DNA from: Acidobacteriota bacterium
GTDB lineage: Bacteria; Acidobacteriota; Terriglobia; Bryobacterales; Bryobacteraceae
Direction: 5' to 3'
NCBI GenBank assembly: GCA_016871155.1
Contig: VFZO01000003.1
Span: 1,663-65,662 of the forward strand
Length of the DNA: 64,000 bases
Below, piece by piece: positions 30,224-38,979 of the stretch. A program made the translations under genes and the position numbers. Below the pieces are notes generated by a model. It did not search any database. It saw nothing but the letters and a program-made list of their open reading frames with translations, and was not told where the DNA came from. Position 1 is the first letter of the stretch. Every line of letters starts with the position of its first letter.

Positions 30224-33058
30224 TCAGAACACAACCTTCAGCATCATCTGGAACTGCCGCGCTTCGCCTGCAGTGAGAATTCGACCGAATAGGGCGTTAC
30301 CTAGGTTGTTGATCGGCACGTCGTAGTTGGCGCGGTTCAGAGAGTTGAACGCCTCGGCGCGGAACTGCGCCTGCCAGCGTTCGGTCAGCCGGAACGTCTT
30401 CTGCAGAGAAACGTTCAGGTCGAAGAAGTTCGGGGCCACCTCGCTATTCCTTCCCAGCGTGCCCACGGTACCATTGGCCGGCACGACGTTGGAGCCCGGA
30501 ACAAGGGAGAACCACTGGCTTCCCCGGCGCGTCCGGTCGATGGTACCCGGCAGCGCGTGAATGCGGTTGTTGAGCGTTCCGAACGGGTTGTTCGAATTGG
30601 CCAGCAAGGAGAACGGAGTGCCGCTGCGCCGGAACACAAGGCCCGTCAACTGCCAACCGCCCCAGGGAAGATCATAGACGGAGTAGAGCGTTAGCAGGTG
30701 CGGCTGGTGGAAATCGGAAACCGCGCGGTCCAGGTTGAAGTTCCGGTCGTCAATCGGCAGCAGCGCCGTGTCGGAAGCATTGTCGATGGCCCGAGAAAAC
30801 GTGTAGGTCGCGCGGACGGATAGCTTGCGGCTCCACTGTGTGTTTAACGAAGTCTGAAACGCGTTATAGTTCGACATCGCGCCTGCCGACAGATACGTGA
30901 CCACCCCGGTCGAAGGGTCCGGCCGCAGATTCGGTGGAAGGTTCTCACCGCCGTTGGGGCGCAACGTCCGGGGCAGTTTCAAACCGCGGTTGCCAACATA
31001 TGCCACACTCAGCACCGTGCCCGGATTAAACATCTTGCGTTCGATTGTCAGGTTCCAGTTCTGCACATAGGGATTGACGAGCGACGAATCCACCCGATAC
31101 CGGTCGGATCCGATAACCGCCCCGGCCAGCAGATCCGGGAACCGGGGCATAAACCGGGAGAACGTCGTCACCTGCGGGGGCGTGTAGCGCGATTGGGCGA
31201 TGAAGTCCATCTGCAGCGGCGAGTAGAACATGCCATAGCCGCCGCGCAGGATGGTTGCGCTCTTTCCCCCGATATCCCAGGCAAATCCAGCGCGAGGCGC
31301 GAAGTTGTTGCGGTCAGCCGCGTAGCGCTGTGACAACCGGCCAAACTTCTCGCTTGGCACGCCGTAGTACTCGTGCCTCAGCCCGAGGTTGAACGTCAGG
31401 TGCGGCATGGCCTTCCAATCGTCTTGCAGGTACCAGCCCATTTCCCGGTTTCTTTGATCGATCCGGCTATCGCCGATCGCCCGCGAGTACGTCAGTGGCG
31501 CGCCGGCCAGGAATGCCGGAATCGACGGGAAGATCATGGTCCCATTAAAGTTGCGATCACTCGTGGAGTTGTACTGGATCATGCGAGCGATCACGCCGCC
31601 CTTCAACACATGCCGGCCCAGCGTATAGCTCAAATCGTCCGCGAAGGTGAAGTTATGCGTTCGGGTTTGAGTGGGGGGTATGAACGTGCCGAGGCGGGGC
31701 AGGCCAGTGACAAGCAAGAGGCCGATGCGCCCGTTCACCGCCGGATCCCCCATGGACGGTGTGGACGGAGTGACCTGCGAATAGTAGGTGGAGTACGTAC
31801 CGCGAAACTGATTGAACGTACGGGAGCTGAGAGAAGAGTCCAGGCTCACCACGGCGGAGTGCGAATGATTGACCGTGTCGGCGTTACCGGCGCCGAGCCG
31901 GTCACGCGTCGGGCCGATCGCGTTCACCCAGTTCCGGCGCGCGGCTAGACGATGCTTCACGGAGACCTGATAGTCCAAACGCACAATCCCCGTAAGCGTT
32001 GTCGTGGGACTGGCGACTGCAGCGCTCTGTAGATTTGTGCCGGGAATGTTCGGCTCCGGGTAGTAGGTGAGCAACGGCCGTACGGCGGGAACGGCACGAG
32101 CCCGATCAGCGGCGGTGAGCGTGGCGATCGTCGACGATGAGCGAAACGCATTGCGCGAGTTCACCTCATAACCGCCAAAAAAGAAGAGCCGGTCCTTTCG
32201 AAGGGGCCCACCGAGCGTCACGCCCGGCATATTCACGCGAACCGGATTTCGAGAAGTCAGCAATGTATTTCGCGCATTCAGCGCCTCGTTTTGAAACAAG
32301 TAGTAGGCCGAGCCGTGCCAATCGTTCCCGCCTTGCTTCGTCACGAGATTCACCACAGCGCCCGACGCCCGTCCGAACTCCGCCTTGAAATTCGATGTCT
32401 GCATCTCGAACGCTTCGACAGTCTCCATGGAGACCGGTTGTTCGGTCAAACCGCGGCCGAGGAGATTACCCGATACCGGATCGTTGTACTCCGCCGAATC
32501 GACCATCGTATTCACAGCGCCGATCGGCCGGTTGCCATTCACCGTAAACGGAGCGTGCGCCGCCGACGCGAACCCGACGCCCGGCGTTTGATACGACAAC
32601 GCGCGGTAGTTACGGCCCTGCCCGCCGGCGATCATCGGAATGTTGGCGACTTCGCGCGGTGTGTAGTTGGAGCCGCGTACGCCGCTAGCGGCTACACGTT
32701 CGATCTCCGCCACGCGGCCCTCCACAACCACGGCCTCGCGCACGGTGCCCAACTCCAACCGGACCGTGCGCGAAACCTCCTGACCAGCGATCAATTCGAT
32801 GCCGCTGGCCTTGTAGCTGTTGAAACCGTCCTTCTCGACCGCCAGCGAGTAGCTTCCGGTCACCAGCCCGGGTACGCGGAACATGCCAGCGTCGGTCGTC
32901 CGCATGGTGCGGGTCTGGTTAGTCGACGCAGACTTAACCGTCACCAGCGCGTCGTTGATCGGCCCGCCGGCCGGATCGAGTACGGATCCACTCAGATATG
33001 CGTTAATTCCCTGGGCCATTACAAATGGCGCGGCGAACAGAGTTATTGCTAGTTTCAT
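30224..33058 (-). CDS. TonB-dependent receptor with N-terminal carboxypeptidase-regulatory-like domain (TBDR-1)
   Basis: Signal peptide MKLAITLFAAPFVMAQG. Has a LSGSVLDPAGGPINDALVTVKS...GMFRVPGLVTGSYSLAVEKDGF module, a plug, a barrel and a C-terminal ...MMLKVVF. The ATG at 33058 overlaps the cobN-like stop (ATGA). Confidence 0.9.
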   Translation of the reverse strand: MKLAITLFAAPFVMAQGINAYLSGSVLDPAGGPINDALVTVKSASTNQTRTMRTTDAGMFRVPGLVTGSYSLAVEKDGFNSYKASGIELIAGQEVSRTVRLELGTVREAVVVEGRVAEIERVAASGVRGSNYTPREVANIPMIAGGQGRNYRALSYQTPGVGFASAAHAPFTVNGNRPIGAVNTMVDSAEYNDPVSGNLLGRGLTEQPVSMETVEAFEMQTSNFKAEFGRASGAVVNLVTKQGGNDWHGSAYYLFQNEALNARNTLLTSRNPVRVNMPGVTLGGPLRKDRLFFFGGYEVNSRNAFRSSSTIATLTAADRARAVPAVRPLLTYYPEPNIPGTNLQSAAVASPTTTLTGIVRLDYQVSVKHRLAARRNWVNAIGPTRDRLGAGNADTVNHSHSAVVSLDSSLSSRTFNQFRGTYSTYYSQVTPSTPSMGDPAVNGRIGLLLVTGLPRLGTFIPPTQTRTHNFTFADDLSYTLGRHVLKGGVIARMIQYNSTSDRNFNGTMIFPSIPAFLAGAPLTYSRAIGDSRIDQRNREMGWYLQDDWKAMPHLTFNLGLRHEYYGVPSEKFGRLSQRYAADRNNFAPRAGFAWDIGGKSATILRGGYGMFYSPLQMDFIAQSRYTPPQVTTFSRFMPRFPDLLAGAVIGSDRYRVDSSLVNPYVQNWNLTIERKMFNPGTVLSVAYVGNRGLKLPRTLRPNGGENLPPNLRPDPSTGVVTYLSAGAMSNYNAFQTSLNTQWSRKLSVRATYTFSRAIDNASDTALLPIDDRNFNLDRAVSDFHQPHLLTLYSVYDLPWGGWQLTGLVFRRSGTPFSLLANSNNPFGTLNNRIHALPGTIDRTRRGSQWFSLVPGSNVVPANGTVGTLGRNSEVAPNFFDLNVSLQKTFRLTERWQAQFRAEAFNSLNRANYDVPINNLGNALFGRILTAGEARQFQMMLKVVF

Positions 33059-36000
33059 TGATTTCTCCTGCGAACACCAAACAAGAAGACGGCCGCCAGC
33101 GCCGTCACAGCCGCACCGCCGAGCAGCGAGTTGCGAACCGTGGCCGGCATAGGAGCGGACTGCGATTCGCGAACCAGCTTTTGGCCCGCGACCAGGGCGG
33201 ACGCCGGCGAGTTGGCCGAACGGCGGAGCGCCTCCGAAAAGTTCTTCGAAAGCAATGTCCCGCTCTGGTTGCCCGGAGCGTTCAAATGCTTTTGCACGAA
33301 CGCCTGCAACGCCTGATTTCCCGTTGTGCGTTCACCGCCGGAGGTTCCGTGACGCGCCACCGATCCGGCGAAATCGTTCGCCAGCCGCTCCAGCGTTTGC
33401 GCGTCAGCCTTCCAATATCCGTTTCTGGCAGCCTCCAACAGGACGGCCGAAAGGTTTTGGAACGCATAGGGGTTCTTCTTGTCGAACCACTCCTTCATTC
33501 CTAGCTTCTCGCGGTCATCCACGTATACCGCGTGAATCTCGTCCCACACATAGCTCTTCACGGCATCCGGTTTGGTCACCTGCCAGCCATACAGGTTGGA
33601 CGAGAGTTTCGCGATTTCGGAGGCGCCGGAGAAGTCGTTCTTTTTCATGCCTTCGATCCACTTCCGGTTCCAATATTGCGCCCGCAAATCCGTGACCAGC
33701 GCCTCTTCCACTGTCTTTACGCGGGTCTTACTCACGTCGCGCGTATCCGCCATGTAGGCTGCGGCATTCTGGCCCGTAGTATCGCGGATAGCCATCACCA
33801 TCCCGCCCGAGTACTCAAAATAGTGGTCCAACGTAAGCGCCGAAATTGTATTCGACGAGTGAGAGATCGACACGGCCTCCGTACCCTTCAACGCAGTCTC
33901 GTAGAGCTTCGGCGTCTTCTGGCCCCACGGGACCCCCTGTGTATAGACCGCTCCGGCGCGCTCCAAATACTCGGCGGTCAGTTCTTTTGTGCTGGTATAT
34001 CCGCCGGAATTCGAGACGCCGCCAGTCAAGCCGGTTCCGTATCCGCCGGGCCCATTCGAGAAGACGCGGGCGTTCGATAGCTGCCGCGCCTCCTTGGCTG
34101 ACAGACCCGCCTCCTTCAGCGCCAGTTCTATCTCGGTGGAGCCTTGCGCCACGTAATTCTCACCGTCGGTGGCCAGCACAGCCAGCCGCACTGCCTTGTC
34201 CAACAATTCCATCCGGTCGGGGAATGAGTCGCGGAACTGTCCCGCCGCCTGCAGAACGACATCCACACGGGGCCGCTGCAACTCGGTCATAGGAATCACT
34301 TCCAGGTCGATCACAATGCCCCGCTGATCCCACACTGGTTTCACGCCCATCAGATAAAGGGCTTGGGCCAAGTCAGCGCCGTATTGGCGAACCAGTTCGG
34401 TCGGCCACAGGTTGAATCCGGCTTTTCTCGGATACCGTCCCAGGCGCTTCTTCTCCGCCTGAAGCAACTGCTGCCCTAACTGAACGCCAACCTCCCATGC
34501 TGCGCGCGTTGGGATCTCGGCTGGGTTCACACCATAGAGGTTCCGGCCCGTGGGCAGCGCCGCCGGCGTACGAACCGGGTCTCCACCGCCCCCTGGCCGG
34601 ACGTACCGGCCGTCCAGTGCGCGCAGCGTTTGTTGAATCTCCAACGCGGATTCGGCGAACGCGGCTTTCAAAACGGCTACGCGCGTGGCATCGTCGGAGG
34701 ACGCGGGCAGGGGCGCCTCGGTTTCAAACGCCATGCTCACCGGGCTGTTTGCCTGTCGCTGTGCAACGCCTGGCGGCGGCGAGCCGATTTTGGGAATCCA
34801 TGCCGGATGCCCACTGGCAATGGGCGCCGGCTTTGCGGGCTGCGTCTCCGGCGCGTACGAGCGCTTGCCACTACCCGGCGTCGGCGCCATCGGGCGGGTG
34901 AAGGACGCTGGAGAAATAGCGACGGCCGGCGCAGCCGCCATTAACTGGCCCACACGTTCGGCGGCGCGGCGCCGATCGTTGTTCGAGGCCTTCAGAAAAC
35001 CGGATCCAAGGGTCTCCGCAATCGATAAACGCAGATCGCGGTCTTCGTCCGCAACGCCGTGAACGTGCATGCCCACGGGAATGCGCGACTCCTCCAACTC
35101 ATCCAAAAACGCGTCCAACCGCGATACCTGCTCGTCGTCCGGTGGAGATTTTCGGAAGTCCAGCCGGAGATCTTGATCCAGCTTCCGCGAAGTTGCGATC
35201 TCGCGAATGCGCGCGCGCATCTTCTCCTTTAGCGCTCCTGCCTCGGTCTGCAGGAACCGCTGCGTTTCGCGATAGAGATCGGCCACTTCTTGGTCGGATT
35301 CCGAAAGCTGCGCGGCCTGAATCGGCGGTGTCTGGTGGCTCACCAACACCGCGGAGCCTCTTCGCTTCGCAATCAGACCCTCGCCGACGTTGTCCATCGT
35401 GTAGACGTAGATGTTCGGGAGGGCGGCAACCACGCGATCGGACCAGTCGTCGTCCAGCTGTCCCACGGACCGGCCAGGCAGGAACTCATACGTTCCGTGC
35501 GTACCGTAGTGCACCAAGGCGTGAGCCTTATGCTCGTGCTGTAGCCACCAATACACCGCCAAGTACTGGTGGGGCGGCGGTACGGTGTCGGAGTGTGCAA
35601 GCTTGGAGTCCATCACTGCGCCGCGGGCCGGCTGGGGCAGCAGCGTGACGTTGCCAAACTGCAACGTTGGAATCACGAAGTAATCCTTGCCATCTTTGCG
35701 CGCCGCCATGAAGGTACCGGGCGCCGGGCCGTATGCCGCGGTCACGGCGGTACGCAACGTCTCCGGCAAGGTCGCGAACCACTGGTTGTATCCCTCCACC
35801 GGCAGCAGCGTCACTCCTCGCTCCGCAACCAGCTTTTCCAGTTCGCCGGGCTCGGCTTCGCTTACGTTGCGCCCGCGACCCTGCATCATTTGCAGCAGCG
35901 CCTCCGGGTCCCGAGGGGGGTTCTGCACGTTGTATCCCGCCGCCTGCATCTCCGCAAGGAAACGCACCAGGCTGCGCGGAACGTTCAGACCCGACGCGGT

Positions 36001-37146
36001 GAAATCCGCCTTACCGATCCCATTGAAATAGACGACAGCGACGCGTTTCTCCGCCTTCGGCGTCCGGCGAAGCGCCACCCATCGTTCGGCCCTGTCGATC
36101 ACGCGCTCAATCCGCGATTCAATGGGCGCCTCCACACGGCGTCCCTGACCGTCCTTCACCATGCCCTCAATCAACGTCGGCTCGATTGTGCCGTCCAGTT
36201 CGCTCACCACGGTTCCGATCGCAAGACCCGGCCCGCGGACGCCGTCCTTGGTGGCTTGATACTCGTCGATCGTCTTCTGTTCGAACATCAGCGTCAGGCC
36301 GCGCACCACGGGCGCGTCCACTTTGGTGTTCAACATCTCAACGCCGCGCTCCCCTTGATAGAAACGGCCGTGCGAGCGGTTGAGGATTAGATCGGGGCGA
36401 ATCTCTTCCAGGAACTGTCCCATTTGCGTCGCGCCAAACATCGGCGCCACATTGAAGTTCCGTTTTTCGAATGCGCGCACCAACCCGTCCGTGCCGGCCG
36501 TTATGCCCGTCTTCCAACCCTGCGCGAAGTCGATGGCAATCCACGGACGGTCTTTTTTCTCGCGGCCCGATTTGGCATACCACGCCTTGTAGCCGGCGGT
36601 GGATGTGTGGATCTCTTCGGAGTCCGGGTGGTAGAAGCCATTCTCCGGCAGTGGAGCGGGCGGCTCCACTCTCACGTCGCGGCCGGTGTATTCCTTCGTC
36701 AGGAAATTCAACAACCGCGCCCAGTTTTCTACGCCTCCGTTCGAAAAATAACCGGCCACGGGTTTGTCCCGCCCTTCGAATTCGGCGTTCCCGATTCGCA
36801 TGTTCGTGCTCTGCCGCGGCGGCAGCACGATGACCTTCGCGCCTGTGTTCACCGCATCGGTGAACGACTGCTGCGCCGGCTTCGAATACGGTTCTGCGCG
36901 CAAGCCATTCACAATCACCACTCGAAACGGAGAAAGCCCAAAAGGTTTCGCCGCCGCGTCTACGGTCTCGCGTGTCCACGCTTCAATGGCAATTCCGCTC
37001 TTCGCCGACGCCTTTTCCGCAAGCATCGTCAACTGGTCTGGGAAGCCAAGAAACAATATTTTCGGGCGTGTGACCGCGCGATAGGTAAAATAGCCGCCCG
37101 CCAGAACCGTAGCAGCAAATAGTCCGCTCCAAAGGTACCGTTTCAT
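33055..37146 (-). CDS. CobN/Mg-chelatase-family large subunit homologue, predicted bitopic-anchored (TM at both ends)
   Basis: 1363 aa with the CobN hallmark block ALVHYGTHGTYEFLPGRSVG. N-terminal TM MKRYLWSGLFAATVLAGGYFTY and C-terminal TM LLGGAAVTALAAVFLFGVRRRNQ. A Pro/Ala-rich linker lies mid-protein. ATGA overlaps occur on both sides. Confidence 0.85.
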   Translation of the reverse strand: MKRYLWSGLFAATVLAGGYFTYRAVTRPKILFLGFPDQLTMLAEKASAKSGIAIEAWTRETVDAAAKPFGLSPFRVVIVNGLRAEPYSKPAQQSFTDAVNTGAKVIVLPPRQSTNMRIGNAEFEGRDKPVAGYFSNGGVENWARLLNFLTKEYTGRDVRVEPPAPLPENGFYHPDSEEIHTSTAGYKAWYAKSGREKKDRPWIAIDFAQGWKTGITAGTDGLVRAFEKRNFNVAPMFGATQMGQFLEEIRPDLILNRSHGRFYQGERGVEMLNTKVDAPVVRGLTLMFEQKTIDEYQATKDGVRGPGLAIGTVVSELDGTIEPTLIEGMVKDGQGRRVEAPIESRIERVIDRAERWVALRRTPKAEKRVAVVYFNGIGKADFTASGLNVPRSLVRFLAEMQAAGYNVQNPPRDPEALLQMMQGRGRNVSEAEPGELEKLVAERGVTLLPVEGYNQWFATLPETLRTAVTAAYGPAPGTFMAARKDGKDYFVIPTLQFGNVTLLPQPARGAVMDSKLAHSDTVPPPHQYLAVYWWLQHEHKAHALVHYGTHGTYEFLPGRSVGQLDDDWSDRVVAALPNIYVYTMDNVGEGLIAKRRGSAVLVSHQTPPIQAAQLSESDQEVADLYRETQRFLQTEAGALKEKMRARIREIATSRKLDQDLRLDFRKSPPDDEQVSRLDAFLDELEESRIPVGMHVHGVADEDRDLRLSIAETLGSGFLKASNNDRRRAAERVGQLMAAAPAVAISPASFTRPMAPTPGSGKRSYAPETQPAKPAPIASGHPAWIPKIGSPPPGVAQRQANSPVSMAFETEAPLPASSDDATRVAVLKAAFAESALEIQQTLRALDGRYVRPGGGGDPVRTPAALPTGRNLYGVNPAEIPTRAAWEVGVQLGQQLLQAEKKRLGRYPRKAGFNLWPTELVRQYGADLAQALYLMGVKPVWDQRGIVIDLEVIPMTELQRPRVDVVLQAAGQFRDSFPDRMELLDKAVRLAVLATDGENYVAQGSTEIELALKEAGLSAKEARQLSNARVFSNGPGGYGTGLTGGVSNSGGYTSTKELTAEYLERAGAVYTQGVPWGQKTPKLYETALKGTEAVSISHSSNTISALTLDHYFEYSGGMVMAIRDTTGQNAAAYMADTRDVSKTRVKTVEEALVTDLRAQYWNRKWIEGMKKNDFSGASEIAKLSSNLYGWQVTKPDAVKSYVWDEIHAVYVDDREKLGMKEWFDKKNPYAFQNLSAVLLEAARNGYWKADAQTLERLANDFAGSVARHGTSGGERTTGNQALQAFVQKHLNAPGNQSGTLLSKNFSEALRRSANSPASALVAGQKLVRESQSAPMPATVRNSLLGGAAVTALAAVFLFGVRRRNQ

Positions 37147-38204
37147 GAACGATGACTCCGTTCCAACTCACATTCCGTGACCGCTTGTCCGAACCATTGG
37201 TCGAGCAGAAAGCTCATGCGAACGGTGTCCCGCTCGTACCACGCTTTTCGATACACGCTGATCGCGTAGCACACGCCGCCCGTCAACAGTCCCAATACGG
37301 TCGTCGTAAAGCCGATTTGCAAATTGGCGCCCATCGCTTGCATGTCTCCCTTCGCCAGTCCCGCGAGCGCCGGCTGCAGGGGAATCAGCGTTCCAATCAA
37401 TCCCAACATGGGCCCCGTTTTGGCCATGATGCCCAGGCGATCCAGTCGTGCATGCATCGTGTTTTCGATACCGGCTAGTGCCAGCCCCAACTGCGCGGAT
37501 GGCAGCGTCCTGACGGCGTCCTGAAAAGTTCGCCAATCGCCCCGCAAGCGCAGCGTGGCGAACCGCTCGAGGCTCGTTTCGCCGCGCAGAAAACTCTCCA
37601 CTACAGCGCATGTCTCACGCTGCTCCGCGAAGTCAGCCAGAAATCGAGCGGTCACCCAAACGCCATAGCCAAAAGCGGCGAGTGTTCCCACGAGCGTCGG
37701 CATCAAAAACGCGCTGGACAAGACGTAGAGAATGTCGTGAATGGAGTTCATATCGTTTGGAGAAGGAATCAGCAAAAGAGCGGAGAGATGAGCGGCCGTG
37801 GAAAGCGAGGGCCATGCGGGAAGTAACCGGCCCAGTGTTACTCCAGCCAGGACCCAGACAGTGCCCATCGCGGCTCCGGCGGCCAGTCCGTTGGAGAACC
37901 AGGGAGTCTGCAAAAGCGCTAGCGACCCCGCAATCGCCGCCAATCCGAAGAGCGGAGCCGGCAGCCGCCGCACCGCCGTCCACGGCGCAAACGCAATGGC
38001 GGCCTGCGCCACCAGGATCGAGACCCAAACTAGTGGCTCGCGAATCCAACGGACCGCGGCCTCGAGTGCGACCTGATCCGCCCACCATCCAGCCGCAACG
38101 CACACTGCGAAGGGCGCCGCCCATTGCCGGCCGCGCAATGATGCCGCATCGAGCAGCCATTGCAGAACGGCGATGATGAGCAGGATTGCAGTGATCGATG
38201 TCAT
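37143..38204 (-). CDS. MotA/TolQ/ExbB proton-channel family protein with an extra N-terminal polytopic domain
   Basis: The C-terminal half MAKTGPMLGLIGTLIPLQPALAGLAKGD...ANLQIGFTTTVLGLLTGGVCYAISV is the MotA/TolQ/ExbB channel signature. About 150 additional N-terminal residues form about 5 hydrophobic helices. Confidence 0.8.
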   Translation of the reverse strand: MTSITAILLIIAVLQWLLDAASLRGRQWAAPFAVCVAAGWWADQVALEAAVRWIREPLVWVSILVAQAAIAFAPWTAVRRLPAPLFGLAAIAGSLALLQTPWFSNGLAAGAAMGTVWVLAGVTLGRLLPAWPSLSTAAHLSALLLIPSPNDMNSIHDILYVLSSAFLMPTLVGTLAAFGYGVWVTARFLADFAEQRETCAVVESFLRGETSLERFATLRLRGDWRTFQDAVRTLPSAQLGLALAGIENTMHARLDRLGIMAKTGPMLGLIGTLIPLQPALAGLAKGDMQAMGANLQIGFTTTVLGLLTGGVCYAISVYRKAWYERDTVRMSFLLDQWFGQAVTECELERSHRS

Positions 38205-38224
38205 GATGATGCGAATGCGTTAGC

Positions 38225-38267
38225 AATTAGAATAATTGATAATACCCTCTCACTACATCTCGCGCAA
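38225..38267 (-). promoter_or_regulatory. candidate promoter of the exbB-like/cobN-like operon, overlapped by an AT-rich Fur-box-like element
   Basis: Minus strand: -35 TTGCGC (38267..38262), a 17-nt spacer, then -10 TATTAT (38244..38239). The plus strand at 38225..38245, AATTAGAATAATTGATAATAC, contains the NATWAT hexamers AATAAT and GATAAT separated by one T. This is the most AT-rich patch of the neighbourhood, 21-41 nt upstream of ATG 38204. Confidence 0.3.
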
Positions 38268-38304
38268 GTTGCATTCTGTGGCTGATGTTGTATCGTAGAA
38301 ACCG

Positions 38305-38979
38305 ATGCGAGGGATCGGTTTGGCATTCATCGCAATTGCAGCGGCAGCGCAGGAAGGTGCGATGCTCTTCCAGAAGCACTGTTCGTACTGCCACGGCGCT
38401 GGCGGAGAAGGCGGTCGCGGACCGGATCTCGCGAGCGGACGGTTTCAGCATGCGCGGAATGATGAAGAGTTATTCTTGGTTATCCGGAACGGCGTGCGCG
38501 GCACGGAGATGCCGGCTGTACGCGCCACAGTTGACGAGGTCCGTGCGCTGATGGCCTACGTGCGCTCGCTCCGTGTGCGCGGGGAAAAAACTTCCTCCGG
38601 CGACGCTGCCGCTGGCGAGCGCCTATTCGCACAGTGCGCCGGCTGCCATCCGGCCATCGGCCCTGATCTGCGCACTTCCTCCTTTCGCGGCGCAGCCTTC
38701 ATTCGAGACTCGATAGTCAAGCCTGAGGCCGAGATCGCTGCCGGCTTCCGCGCCATTATAGTGACGGCGAAAGACGGTGTCACAGTATCCGGTATCCGGT
38801 TGAATGAGGACGACGTGTCCGTGCAGTTGCGCACCGCCGATGGCGCGCTGCATTCGCTCCTGAAGGCGGGTGTGGTTTCGATCGATCGCAGCCGGCCGTC
38901 GCTGATGCCGGCGTTCGCCGGACGCCTGACCGAAAAGCAGATCGACGATCTGACCGCTTACGTCATGGGGATGCGATGA
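38305..38979 (+). CDS. dihaem c-type cytochrome (second domain of the Pirellula/Verrucomicrobium-type haem-binding family)
   Basis: Signal-like MRGIGLAFIAIAAAAQ. Has CSYCHG...GPDL and CAGCHP.IGPDL....IRDSIVKPEAEI....DG....G......D.V.V......G.........SLMP....L....IDDLTAYV. Confidence 0.8.
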   Translation: MRGIGLAFIAIAAAAQEGAMLFQKHCSYCHGAGGEGGRGPDLASGRFQHARNDEELFLVIRNGVRGTEMPAVRATVDEVRALMAYVRSLRVRGEKTSSGDAAAGERLFAQCAGCHPAIGPDLRTSSFRGAAFIRDSIVKPEAEIAAGFRAIIVTAKDGVTVSGIRLNEDDVSVQLRTADGALHSLLKAGVVSIDRSRPSLMPAFAGRLTEKQIDDLTAYVMGMR

